Shown: positions 13,210-23,322 of the stretch, one piece after another
Position numbering within the stretch: position 1 is the first letter of the stretch
Layout of the letters: each line of letters begins with the position of its first letter
Source: an uncultured beta proteobacterium
GTDB lineage: Bacteria; Pseudomonadota; Gammaproteobacteria; Burkholderiales; SG8-39
Length of the DNA stretch: 64,000 nucleotides
Direction: 5' to 3'
Assembly (NCBI GenBank): GCA_963744255.1
Contig: CAVUSZ010000038.1
Span: 43 to 64,042 of the forward strand
Translations under genes and position numbers: made by a program
Notes under the pieces: generated by a model
What the model was told of the DNA's origin: nothing
Databases searched by the model: none
The model's input: only the letters and a program-made list of their open reading frames with translations

Positions 13210-13212
13210 TAA
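11950..13212 (+). CDS. ISAzo13 family DDE transposase (two frameshifts)
   Basis: GDPMSPLRWTCKS, ISVDTKKKE, ADGGGSNG, PPGTSKWNKIEHRMFS, FHGDWNY. Confidence 0.92.
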
Positions 13213-13469
13213 CGGTCAGATTTCCGGCTGGCGAGGAACGCTCTGAGACTGCACTCGCACTCTAGCCGTGCAACATTGAGTGGGGCACCGAAGAAGACGA
13301 GTGTGCGAGGTGTCACTAGCGTCGCCTCCCCTCTGAGGACCGTGCGGAAACGCGTAGTGAGCCGCTGCACGCGTACCCGGCGGGCGATTTGGATGCCGTT
13401 GCGAGAGAACGCCGGACTGGAGTTTGACCTGAAGCGGCCTAGGCGTTCATGAACGCAATCAGCTTCTGC

Positions 13470-14167
13470 GTTCCGAAGAGAGCATGCCAGCGCGTAGTTC
13501 TCGATCGCCCCCAGCGGCTGGGTGATCTCGTGGGCGAGCGCAACCGACATCTCCCCCGCCGTGTGCACCCGCACTAGATGCGCCAGGCGCTCGCGACTGT
13601 GCGCCTCGACCTCCGCGGGCTGCTTCCGGCGCTCGACGATTGGCCCGCGTGCAGGCTCGCGAACACCCGGCGAGCAGACTCACCCCGGGGACGAGGCCCT
13701 CGTGCCACGTGCGGTCCTCGTGCGTGCTCGCGAGAAAAAGCGCCCCGGCGACCGTGCGGGAGACGAGGAACGGCACGGCCAGCATCGAGCGTAGCCCGAG
13801 CTCGGCCAGCATCGGCAGGTCGGCGACCGCTTCCGGGGGGAGGTCGGTGTCCCGCGTGAAGCGGACAACCGAGCCGCGGATCAACCGGGCGCTGACCCAC
13901 GGCAGGTCGGGTGCGACGGACGGCGCAGGCAGTTCCGCAGCCTGCCAATGGTGCGTTCTGCGGAACTCGTCGCGATCGGGAACCCGCTCCCACAAGCTTG
14001 CCTGCTCCAACCCGAGGAACGCACCGATGTCCTGGAGCCCCGCTCGATCGCGCGCGCCTCGTCGTCCGGGCGCGCGAGGAGCAGCGACGCGAGGATGCCG
14101 GACGCGAGGCGTTCGAAGCCGATCGCCTGGTCGAGCTCTTCTTGCGCGCGTTTACGGGCGAGGGCAT
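13470..14167 (-). pseudogene. Truncated GAF + HisKA sensor kinase fragment
   Basis: GLRSMLAVP GAF segment then GEMSVALAHEITQPLGAIENY H-box; no HATPase domain follows. Confidence 0.7.
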
Positions 14168-14186
14168 GCCGAAGATCTGCGCCGCT

Positions 14187-14283
14187 GAGCGGTCAATCGA
14201 TCAATCGACCGGGTCGGCTCGCAAATCGTTGCGGTTTACGGGGATCATCGGACAGTGATCGGGCCTAAGGCAGCTCGAGTTCA
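14187..14283. repeat. ~100-bp imperfect direct repeat, copy 1
   Basis: GAGCGGTCAATCG...GCAAATCGTTGCG...GAGTTCA; about 87% identical by hand to 16115-16214. Confidence 0.9.
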
Positions 14284-14384
14284 CGCGGATGCTCCTACCG
14301 GGAGAATGCAAGCCGAGCGCGATCCCCGGGTCAGCGACGCAGCCGGATGGCATCTGGGCGCTGGGTGGCAATCTGGGGTGGCGA

Positions 14385-14820
14385 TCAGGCCGCCTGAAAC
14401 AGCGGCGGTGCCCGCGCCGGTGAGCGCGGCGGGGCGCGAGCGGGCAAGTTTAGATGGGTGAGGATTCCGACAATCACCGCGGGATCCATCGATGGCGGCA
14501 TAGGATCTTCAGGTTTGCCGCCGCAGTGTGGACAGTGTTCAATGTCGATCTCGAAGAGGCGCTTGAGCAGACGCGCCCAACTCATGCGGCTTGGCGTCGC
14601 GCCGTGCGCAGTGTGAGCTCGTTCATGGGCGTTGATGGGCTCGCGTGGGACGATCTCGGCCGGTACCTTGGCGTGGGGAGCGGGCACCCCGTGGAAACGA
14701 ACCAGATGTAGGCGCGGAGGCGGCACCAAGGCGGCCAGTCGCTGCATGACCTCCAGCGGCGACATCACGACGTGGGTGGTGCCATCCTTGTACGGACTCT
14801 TCAGTCGCAGCACGACATCA
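14385..14820 (-). mobile_element. IS91/ISCR family rolling-circle transposase, C-terminal remnant
   Basis: LKSPYKDGTTHVVMSPLE..QRLAALVPPPRLHLVRFHGV, SWARLLKRLFEIDIEHCPHCGG, ILTHL. Confidence 0.85.
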
Positions 14821-14938
14821 CGAACGCGCCATACCAGAGCGGGATCTTCCCGTAAAGCTAGGCTGCATCGGGACGCCGCAACGCTTGCGGCAGGCAGGAA
14901 AGACGTAGGGCCCTTCGGACAATGGCGAACGCCACGCT

Positions 14939-15624
14939 CTACGCTGCGGCATCCTCTCCGCGCGGCGGGTAGACGCCCGCCAGCCGCGCGATCAGGATCG
15001 CCAGAAACAGCGCGCCAATGAGCTGCTCGAGCACGCACAGCCCGCGCGCGTACCGGAGCAGCGGTACGATGTCGCCGAAGCCGGTGCTCGTCAGCACGGT
15101 GAAGCTGAAGTAGAGCAGGTCGCCGAGCGCCGGCGAGCCGACCGCACCGCCGAGCGCGAACGAGCCCGGATGGAGATAGTTGGCGATCGCGTAGAGAGTA
15201 GGCCCACAGCACGCCGAGCATGAGGTACGCGGCCGCGGCGCCATAGAGCTTGTCGCTGGTCATCACGTCGCGCTGGAAGACGAAGCGCAGCAGATAACCG
15301 ATCGTCGCTACGTATAACATGGCGCCGAACGCCCACGATCGCAGGAGGTAGTCCGGCGTCGCCTCGTCGATCGCGAGCATCTGGAAGACCAACGCTGGCG
15401 CAGCGAGAAGAAGGGCGATGACGAACGACAGCCGCGTCCGCCCGACCGCGGCGACCGCGGCGACCACGACGAGGAGATTCGCCGCGTTGATCAGGATCCG
15501 TCCCGCGCGGCGTCGGCTCGAGAAGCAGCACTACCATGATGAGCCCCAGCACTGCGGCGAAGAGATAGAAGCAGCGCTGGAAAAACACCTGCCCGATGGT
15601 CGCGCGCGCCCGGTCGATCGCCAT
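14939..15624 (-). CDS. Potassium/ion channel family protein (frameshifted)
   Basis: YFSFTVLTSTGFGDIVP pore motif and TM helices. Confidence 0.85.
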
Positions 15625-15742
15625 GCCACCCCACGCGGTAACCGCCGCGGATCTTAGAACGCGCGTGGAACTTGCGCGCGACCGCCGCCGGAAGGGTGCG
15701 AGGCCCTTCATGCAGCGTCCGGCCGTGTAGCATTCCGGCCGC

Positions 15743-16113
15743 ATCGGGATAGGGGCCGATCATCGCTGATCGGGCCCCTCCCACACCACCCGGCATGCGG
15801 GTCCGCACCGGGCGGTTCGAGAAGTTGAGGTCAGGAGAAACCGGGACTCCGAGACGGTCGAAGTAGGCCACCGGCAGCACGCGGTTCAGGCCGAGGAGGC
15901 TGTTGTGCCACCAGCGATGCGCGTTGCCCGCGATCCGCGCAGCCAGGTCCGCGCTGGCACCCAGCGCGCGCAGTTCACGGAACATCGTCGGCCCGCTGCG
16001 CCACTGCTTCAGCCGCACGGCGCGCAACCGGTGACGCAGCCATTCGTCGAGTTCACGAATGACCCGGGGGGTCTGCGCCAGCCGGAAGTACGCCCTCCAG
16101 CCGGGCACATAGT
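15743..16113 (-). mobile_element. Class C group II intron 3' remnant (maturase end, domains V and VI)
   Basis: GWRAYFRLAQT..LDEWLRHRLR; DV GAACCGCCCGGTGCGGACCCGCATGCCGGGTGGTG; DVI ending CCTATCCCGAT. Confidence 0.9.
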
Positions 16114-16114
16114 C

Positions 16115-16214
16115 GAGCGGTCAATCGGTCAATCGTACCGGGGTAGGCGCGCAAATCGTTGCGCTTTGGCGGAGATGATCGGACTGTGATCGGGCCCAAG
16201 GCAGCTGGAGTTCA
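16115..16214. repeat. ~100-bp imperfect direct repeat, copy 2
   Basis: Matches 14187-14283. Confidence 0.9.
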
Positions 16215-16231
16215 GGCCGCTGCGGAGCATA

Positions 16232-16378
16232 GGAAGAGCCGCATCATCATCTTGCGGTTCTCGAGCATGTAGACGACACGCTCGACGGCACCCGCAGGTT
16301 GTCCTCGAGGACATAGAACTCGCCCTCTCCCGCGCGCACGACGTCGACGCCGGCGATGTGCGCGTAGGTGTCGCCCGG
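16232..16378 (-). pseudogene. ~50-codon fragment of circularly permuted type 2 ATP-grasp gene
   Basis: [42 protein letters not shown]. Confidence 0.75.
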
Positions 16379-16525
16379 AGAACATAGAGCTTCGAGAACG
16401 ACGCTCATGGGGCCGTGCGCCCGCTCACGCCGCGAGTTGCTCCACGGTGCCTCAGCAGCGCGAGACGTGTCCGTCGCCGATCGCGTGCGCCGGCGGCTGG
16501 ATCGTGACGGTATCCGACGCGAGCC

Positions 16526-17761
16526 TTAGCCGGCGCCCGTCAACCGCCCGATCTGCTCGCGCCACCGCGCGACCAAGCGATCGTCCTCCGGGTCGCGGCC
16601 CTCGTCCCGGACGCGCCGTTTGCGGAACGCGAGCTCGTGCTGCGCGTTCACCATCGCCGCCGACGCGCGCGGATACCGCGGATCGATCCGGCGGGTGCGG
16701 AACATGCGGTCGGCGGCGATCTCGTCGTACTCCTGCGGGCTCACGGTCCGCCCGACCTCGGCCGCGAGCTCTTCGCGGATCACGCGGCGCTCCCAGACGC
16801 CGCTCCGCCACAGCGCGACCGCGAGAATGATCACGAACGGCAGGAACACGGTGAGCTCGAACAGGCTGCCGTACAGGAACGCCTGGAAGAAGCCGAGACT
16901 GGGTTCCGCGGAGTCGTCCACGGGCGGCGGCTCGCCGGCGGCCGCCGCCGCGATCGCGAAGAAGAGCGGCAGCGCGTTGTTGAGCGCGTGCGCGGCAACG
17001 GCGAGCGCCAGGCCGCCGATCGGCGCGAGGACGCGCAGCCAGCGGCGGCGTGTCTGCAGGGCGAGCCCGAGCGAGGCGCCGAAGAGCGCGGTAAAGAGGG
17101 CGTGTCCGCCGAACCCGAACAGCGCATAACGCCAGCCGAGCTGCATTCCCCACGGCGCCACGCCGGTCTCGGCATAGCCCTGCGCGACGTAGATCGGCGC
17201 CTCGAACCACGTGAAGCCGACGCCGACGAGCGCCCCGTAGACGATCCCGTCGCGCATGTTGTCGAACTCGTCGCGCAGCAGCCAGAAGATCACGAGCACG
17301 CCGAGCGCCTTGGTGGCCTCCTCGATGATCGGCGCCGAGATCGGCGCCGAGAGCATTCCCACCGCGTCGGGCCCGAGCACTTCCCTGACCACGGGGTTAG
17401 CCGTCACCCAGGCATCCACCAGCTGCGCGAAGGCAGTGTTGAACGGCAGCGCGAGCCCGGTCGCGATCAAGCCGCCCCAGAAGAACGCGGCAGCGAAGAG
17501 CCACGGCGTCTCGCGCTCGCGCCGGTCGAGGTACCACAGGATCCGGAGCGGCACGAGCGCGAGCAGGCTGGAGAGGAGCAGGGCGCGGAGGAACACGCTC
17601 GCGACGTCCGGGCGCATGCCGCCGATCAGGCTGAGCTGGACGAGCGCCGCGAAGCCGAGCAGGATCGTGAGCACCACGCAGAGCGCGATGCACGGCCGGC
17701 GTCGCCGCAGCGGCGAGCCGAGAGAGAGCGGATCGTAGTCGCGATGCGCGAGCAGCATCAT
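16526..17761 (-). CDS. PrsW family intramembrane metalloprotease
   Basis: APIIEEATK, GVGFTWFE, GHALFT, HALNN. Confidence 0.9.
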   Translation of the reverse strand: MMLLAHRDYDPLSLGSPLRRRRPCIALCVVLTILLGFAALVQLSLIGGMRPDVASVFLRALLLSSLLALVPLRILWYLDRRERETPWLFAAAFFWGGLIATGLALPFNTAFAQLVDAWVTANPVVREVLGPDAVGMLSAPISAPIIEEATKALGVLVIFWLLRDEFDNMRDGIVYGALVGVGFTWFEAPIYVAQGYAETGVAPWGMQLGWRYALFGFGGHALFTALFGASLGLALQTRRRWLRVLAPIGGLALAVAAHALNNALPLFFAIAAAAAGEPPPVDDSAEPSLGFFQAFLYGSLFELTVFLPFVIILAVALWRSGVWERRVIREELAAEVGRTVSPQEYDEIAADRMFRTRRIDPRYPRASAAMVNAQHELAFRKRRVRDEGRDPEDDRLVARWREQIGRLTGAG

Positions 17762-17880
17762 GGTCCTCCATGCGGCCGTGCCCGAAGCGGGGCGGCGATC
17801 GCGACATTCTCCGCGCGCCCTGCCCCGGCTGCAGCCCTTCCGGCTAAACTCCGCCGCCGATGCACCGGGAAGGACCCGTC

Positions 17881-19228
17881 ATGAAGCCCGCAGCAGCGCT
17901 CGCCACCGATCTCGCCGCCGGCAGGACCACGAGTCGTGAGCTCCTCGAGCAGGTGCTCGCCCGCATCGCTGATCCGGCAGGTGAGGGCGCGCGCGCCTTC
18001 CTCAAGGTCTATGCCGACATGGCGCGCGCCGAGGCCGACCTGGCCGACCGGTTGCGGCGGAGCGGGATCGTCCGCTCGCCGGTCGACGGACTGCCGGTCG
18101 CGGTGAAGGACCTCTTCGACGTCGGCGGGGACGCGACGCGCGCCGGGTCGAAGATCCTCGCCGGCGCGCCGCCGGCGAAAGCGGACGCGCCCGCGGTCGC
18201 GCGGCTGCGTGCGGCAGGCGCGATCCTCGTCGGCCGCACCAACATGGTCGAGTTCGCGTTCGGCGGGCTCGGCCTCAACCCGCACTACGGGACGCCGCGC
18301 AACGTCTGGGACCGCGAGACCGGCCGCGTGCCCGGCGGCTCGTCATCCGGCGCCGGCGTGGCCGCCGCCGACGGCATGAGCGTGATGGCGCTCGGCAGCG
18401 ACACGCGCGGCTCGGTGCGCATCCCGGCGGCGCTGAACGGCGTGGTCGGGTTCAAGCCGACGGCCCGCCGCGTGCCGCGGGACGGCGCGTTCCCGCTCTC
18501 GTACACGCTCGACTCGATCGGGCCGCTCGCGCAGACCGCGGCGTGCTGCGCGGCCTACGACGCGGTGCTCGCGGGCGAGCCGGATGCAGCGCTGGCGGCG
18601 CTGCCGGTGAAGGGGCTGCGACTGATGCTGCCGCAGTCGAGCGCGCTCGCCGATCTCGACGCGCACGTCGGTAAGAGCTTCGAGGCCGCACTGTCGAGGC
18701 TCGCCCGCGCCGGCGCGGCGGTGATCGAGGTCGCGATGCCGGCGTTCGACCGGCAGGACCGGTATTTCAAGGGCGGCGGCTACGCGGGTGCCGAGGCGGC
18801 CGCGATCCACCGCCCCTGGGCGGACCGCAGCGGCGAGTACGACCCGCGCGTCGGCAAGCGCGTAGCGATGGGCGACGACATCCCGGCGCCGGACCTCGTG
18901 GAGCTCGGTTTCGTCCGCGCCGCATATATCCGCGAGGTCGAGGCGGCCGCAGCCCCGTTCGACGCCATCGTCATGCCGACGGTGCCGTGCGTCGCGCCGA
19001 CGATCGCCGAGGTCGACGCCTCCGACGAGGCGTACTTCCAGTGGAATGCACGCGTGCTGCGGAATGCCGGCCTGATCAATTTCCTCGACGGCTGCGCGGT
19101 GACCCTGCCGTGCCACGAGCCGGGCAGCGGGCCGGTCGGCCTGATGGTCTGCGGGACAGCGATGACCGACCGGCGGATCCTCGCGGTGGCCTGCGCGCTC
19201 GAGCAGGCGCTCGCGGCGGCGGGGGTAG
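17881..19228 (+). CDS. Amidase signature family enzyme (3' end approximate)
   Basis: VKDLFD, PGGSSSG, GSDTRGSVRIPA. Confidence 0.92.
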
Positions 19229-19235
19229 CCGCGCG

Positions 19236-20882
19236 CTACAGCCCGCCGCGAACCGTCCTCACCAGCGCTTCGGTCATCTCGTCGATCGCGTCGCAGACGA
19301 ACGCGGCGCCGAACTCGTGCAGCCACGCCCGCTCCGCGCCGCTGCCCGAGGTCGCGACGATCGCGATGCGCGGATTCACCTGCCGCGCCGCCATGCAGAT
19401 CCGCATCTTCTCGGCGAGCGTCGGATTGGTCACGACGATCATCTTCGCGTCGTCCATACCCGCCGCCCGCAGCACCTCCGGCTCCGCGGGATCGCCGCGG
19501 ACGACCGCGAGCCCGCGACCGCGCAGCCCCGCGAGCGCGTCGGGATCGGGGTCGATGACCGAGACCGGGATACCCGCCTCGGCGCAGCGCTGAACGACGC
19601 GTCGCCCGAGCTCGCCGAGACCGGTGAGCGCCACCGCGGGCCCCGTCTCGGGCGCAGTGCCGCGTTCCTCCGGCGCTGCTGCGGCCGGTTCCGGCGAATC
19701 GCTCTCGGCCAGCGCGGGACCAGCCTCGCGGGCGACCACCATGCGGAAGAGCAGCGGATTCAGCGCGATCGAGACGATCGCCGTGGCGACCAGAACGTCC
19801 ATCCCCGCCGCCGGCAGGATGCCGAGCTGCGTGCCGAGCACGCCGAGGATGAACGAGAACTCGCCGATCTGGGCGAGTCCCACCGCGACCGTCAGCGCCG
19901 TCTGCTTCGTGTCGCGCAGCAGCGCAACGATCGCGAGCGCCACCGCCGGCTTGAGCACGAGCACGATGAGGAGGGCGCCGACGACCAGCAGCGGCTGCGA
20001 CGTGACGATCTCCGGGTTGAAGAGCATCCCGACGGAGACGAAGAAAAGCGCGGAGAAGACGTCGCGGAACGGCACCATGTCGGCCGCCGCCTGCGGCCCG
20101 AACCGCGACTGCCCGACGACCAATCCGGCGAAGAAGGCACCGAGCGCCACGGAGACGTTGAAGACCTCGGCGGCGAGGAGCGCGATGCCGAGGGCGACGA
20201 CGAACACGGTCAGGGTGAAGAGCTCGGTCGAGCGGGTGCGCGCGATCCGTTCCATCGCGGGCGCGACGAGACGGCTCCCCACTGCCCAGACGAGCGCTGC
20301 GAACACCGCGGCCTTGGCGAGCGCGAGCCCGAGCGCACCCGCCACCCCGGCCGGGTCGCTCCGCTCGGCGGCGAGCGCCGGCAGCATCACCAGCGCGACG
20401 ACGGTGAACAGGTCCTCGACGATCAGCCAGCCGACCGCGACGTGGCCGTCGCGCGTGCTGAGGCGGTCCTGCTCGACGAGCATCCGCATCAGCACGACCG
20501 TGCTCGCGACCGCGAGCGCCATGCCGAACACCACGCCGGCGCCATGGCTCCAGCCGAACGCGCGCGCGATCCCCCAGCCCGCGACGGCGGCGACGGCGCT
20601 CTGCGCGATGGCGCCGGGAACCGCGATGCGCCAGACGCGCAGCAGATCCTGCGGGTGGAAGTGCAGCCCGACACCGAACATCAGCAGGATCACGCCGATC
20701 TCGGCCATCTGCGACGCAAGCCCCGCGTCGGCCACGAAGCCCGGGGTGTAAGGCCCGACGACGATGCCGGCGAGCATGTAGCCGACGAGCGTCGACAGCC
20801 CGAGCCGCTGCGTGATCCAGCCGAAGGCGAGCGCGACCGCGAGCGCGCCGGCGAGCGTGATGATGATCGAGAGGTCGTGCAT
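19236..20882 (-). CDS. CPA2 cation:proton antiporter with TrkA-N domain (YbaL-like)
   Basis: EIGVILLMFGVGLHF, GWLIVED, AQIGEFSFIL. Confidence 0.92.
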   Translation of the reverse strand: MHDLSIIITLAGALAVALAFGWITQRLGLSTLVGYMLAGIVVGPYTPGFVADAGLASQMAEIGVILLMFGVGLHFHPQDLLRVWRIAVPGAIAQSAVAAVAGWGIARAFGWSHGAGVVFGMALAVASTVVLMRMLVEQDRLSTRDGHVAVGWLIVEDLFTVVALVMLPALAAERSDPAGVAGALGLALAKAAVFAALVWAVGSRLVAPAMERIARTRSTELFTLTVFVVALGIALLAAEVFNVSVALGAFFAGLVVGQSRFGPQAAADMVPFRDVFSALFFVSVGMLFNPEIVTSQPLLVVGALLIVLVLKPAVALAIVALLRDTKQTALTVAVGLAQIGEFSFILGVLGTQLGILPAAGMDVLVATAIVSIALNPLLFRMVVAREAGPALAESDSPEPAAAAPEERGTAPETGPAVALTGLGELGRRVVQRCAEAGIPVSVIDPDPDALAGLRGRGLAVVRGDPAEPEVLRAAGMDDAKMIVVTNPTLAEKMRICMAARQVNPRIAIVATSGSGAERAWLHEFGAAFVCDAIDEMTEALVRTVRGGL

Positions 20883-21001
20883 GCGGCGCTGGAGCGGGCG
20901 CCGCTGTGATGCGACGCCCGCCGGCCGAGCGTACACGACGGCGGTGGCGCTTGTCCGGCCGGCGCTAGGGGACGAGTACCTTTATCGTTCGCTCCTCGGG
21001 T

Positions 21002-21484
21002 TCAGGCCAGGGTCGCGGCAGCCGCGGGCTTGCGGGAGGCATTGGCGGCCGCGCAGCGGCGCGCCATCGAGGTAGTCATCACGGTGGCCTCGCCCTCGAT
21101 CACCACGGGTGCCCTTTACGCGGCACACCGTGGACAGCACGGCGCGGGCCTTCGCGTTTTCCACCGACAGCACGGTCACGGTGGCATGCACGGTGTCGCC
21201 GGGCCGACCGGCGCGCAGAACTTCATCTGCTGGCACGAGGTACACCGTGCCGGGCCGGGCAGTCGATTGGCCACCGCCGCCGAAATGACGCTGGCCGTCA
21301 GAACGCCATGCGCGATGCGCCCGCCAAACTGCGTGCTGGCGGCGTGGACTCCTCGTTGACGTGCATCGCGTTGTTGTCGCCCGAAACGCCGGCGAACAGG
21401 CACAATGTCGGCCTCGGTGATGGTCTTCGCAGAACGTGCGCATGCATGCTCGAGGCGGAGGTCCTCGATGTCGTAGCCGTTCAT
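21002..21484 (-). pseudogene. MaoC/PhaJ (R)-enoyl-CoA hydratase, multiply frameshifted
   Basis: KTITEADI, SGDNNAMH, FGGRIAHG, LPGPGTVY, PGDTVHATVTV. Confidence 0.8.
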
Positions 21485-21548
21485 GGCGTTGATGATCTTC
21501 GGTGCAGTCTGGAACGGGCCGTGTGCTGACGCCACACTGTTTGAGGGC

Positions 21549-23186
21549 TCAAGGCTTGCTCAAGGTGTTCGCTCGTTCGCGTAAGAGGAATTTCTGCACT
21601 TTGCCGGTAGAAGTCTTCGGCAGCGGTCCAAACACGACGGTCTTGGGAACTTTGAAGCGCGCCATGCGCTCGCGGCAAAATTCTATGATTTCCTTTTCGG
21701 TGGCTTGCCCACCTTCCTTCAACTCAATGAAGGCGCATGGAACCTCGCCCCATTTCTCATCCGGGCGCGCCACTATCGCCGCGCCAATCACTGCCGGATG
21801 GCGGTACAGCACGTCCTCGACTTCCAATGACGAGATGTTCTCGCCACCGGAAATGATGACGTCTTTAGAGCGGTCCTTGATCTTGACATAACCGTCGGGA
21901 TGGATCACCGCCAAGTCGCCGGTGCGGAACCAGCCGCCGGCAAACTCTTTCTCGGTCGCGGTGGGGTTCTTGAGATAACCCTTCATGGTGATGTTGCCAC
22001 GAAACATGATTTCGCCCATGGTTTCGCCGTCCCACGGCACCGGTTTCATGGTTTCCGGATCCAACACCGTCATCGCTTCCTGCAGCGGCGCGTTCACCCC
22101 CTGACGGCCGTTGAGTTCGGCGCGCTTCTCGATCGGCAAGCTGTCCCACTCTTCGTGCTTGGCGCACACGGCGGCGGGGCCATAGGTTTCGGTCAAGCCG
22201 TAGACGTGGGTGATGTCGAAACCGATCCGCTCCATCCCCTCGATCACCGCGACCGGTGGCGCTGCCCCGGCAATGAAGCCGTAGACCTTGTGCCCGACGC
22301 CGCTGCGCACGTCTTCCGGCGCATTGATGAGCATGCTGTGCACGATCGGTGCGCCGCAGAAATGCGTCGCCTGATGTTTCTTGATCGCATCGAAAATCAG
22401 CTTGGCTTCGACCCGCCGCAGGCACACGTTGGTCCCGGCCACCGCAGCGATGGTCCAGGGAAAGCACCAGCCGTTGCAGTGGAACATCGGTAGTGTCCAG
22501 AGGTATACGGCATGATGGGGCATGGCCCAGGAAAGGACGTTGCTTACCGCGTTGAGGTACGCCCCACGGTGGTGGTAAACCACACCCTTGGGATTGCCGG
22601 TAGTGCCGGAAGTGTAGTTGAGCGCGATCGCATCCCATTCATCGGCCGGGCCAGACCAGGCGAAATTCGGGTCGCCTTCCTCTAGGAAGGCTTCGTAATC
22701 CTTCTCGCCGAGCAGCTTGCCGGCCTGGTATTCCGGGTCGTCGATGTCGATCACCAGCGGGCGCTGCTCCAGCATCGGCAAGACTTTCTCGATGAGGGGA
22801 GAAAACTCGCGGTCGGTGATCAGCACCTTGGCTTCGCCGTGCTGCAACTGGAACGCGATGGCTTCCGCGTCCAGCCGGGTATTGAGGGTATTGAGCACCG
22901 CGCCGATCATCGGCACGGCGAAATGGGCCTCATAAATGGCCGGCACGTTGGGCGCCATGAGCGCTACGGTGTCGCCCTTAGCGATGCCGCGCTTGCTCAA
23001 TGCCGAGGCTAGCCGCCGGCAGCGGTCATAAGTCTCTTTCCAGGTGATCTGCCAATCGCCATGGATCGTGGCGATGCGCTCAGGATAGATATGGGCCGCC
23101 CGCTCGAGAAAGCTAATGGGAGTAAGCGGTGTGTAGTTCGCCGGGCCTTTGTCCATGCCGACGTCGTAGGGATTAGTGTGGCTCAT
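21549..23186 (-). CDS. Acyl-CoA synthetase (AMP-forming)
   Basis: YTSGTTGNPKG, YGLTE, TGD, DRSKD, PKTSTGK. Confidence 0.95.
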   Translation of the reverse strand: MSHTNPYDVGMDKGPANYTPLTPISFLERAAHIYPERIATIHGDWQITWKETYDRCRRLASALSKRGIAKGDTVALMAPNVPAIYEAHFAVPMIGAVLNTLNTRLDAEAIAFQLQHGEAKVLITDREFSPLIEKVLPMLEQRPLVIDIDDPEYQAGKLLGEKDYEAFLEEGDPNFAWSGPADEWDAIALNYTSGTTGNPKGVVYHHRGAYLNAVSNVLSWAMPHHAVYLWTLPMFHCNGWCFPWTIAAVAGTNVCLRRVEAKLIFDAIKKHQATHFCGAPIVHSMLINAPEDVRSGVGHKVYGFIAGAAPPVAVIEGMERIGFDITHVYGLTETYGPAAVCAKHEEWDSLPIEKRAELNGRQGVNAPLQEAMTVLDPETMKPVPWDGETMGEIMFRGNITMKGYLKNPTATEKEFAGGWFRTGDLAVIHPDGYVKIKDRSKDVIISGGENISSLEVEDVLYRHPAVIGAAIVARPDEKWGEVPCAFIELKEGGQATEKEIIEFCRERMARFKVPKTVVFGPLPKTSTGKVQKFLLRERANTLSKP

Positions 23187-23322
23187 TGCTCCTCCGTTTT
23201 CTGTTTGAATCGCAATCAAGCCCAGATTCGATCTTGGCTCCGAAGTCTTGGGAGGCCTCTTGCTTCCAGGACATAGTCGGGCTGCATCTCCTTATCTCCT
23301 TATCGCAGACGCTGGCCCCGAT

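Larger units (their letters stand above)
11630..13236 (+). pseudogene. Small Cys-rich hypothetical gene split by the ISAzo13 element
   Basis: ...RWECPSCGD at left junction continues as NGQISGWRGTL after right junction. Confidence 0.7.

Noticed and set aside
14385-15467. Apparent ion channel-IS91 transposase fusion ORF
   Set aside because: A frameshift at ~15195 joins unrelated frames; the channel has its own stop at 14939.
19229-19593. Amidase C-terminal extension overlapping the antiporter
   Set aside because: Homology ends near 19220; the read-through is likely due to an indel before TAG 19226-28.
18987-20909. Long antisense and alternate-frame ORFs (e.g. 18987-20909, 37435-39324, 58304-60040)
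   Set aside because: Shadow ORFs typical of high-GC DNA, overlapping well-supported genes and lacking motifs.
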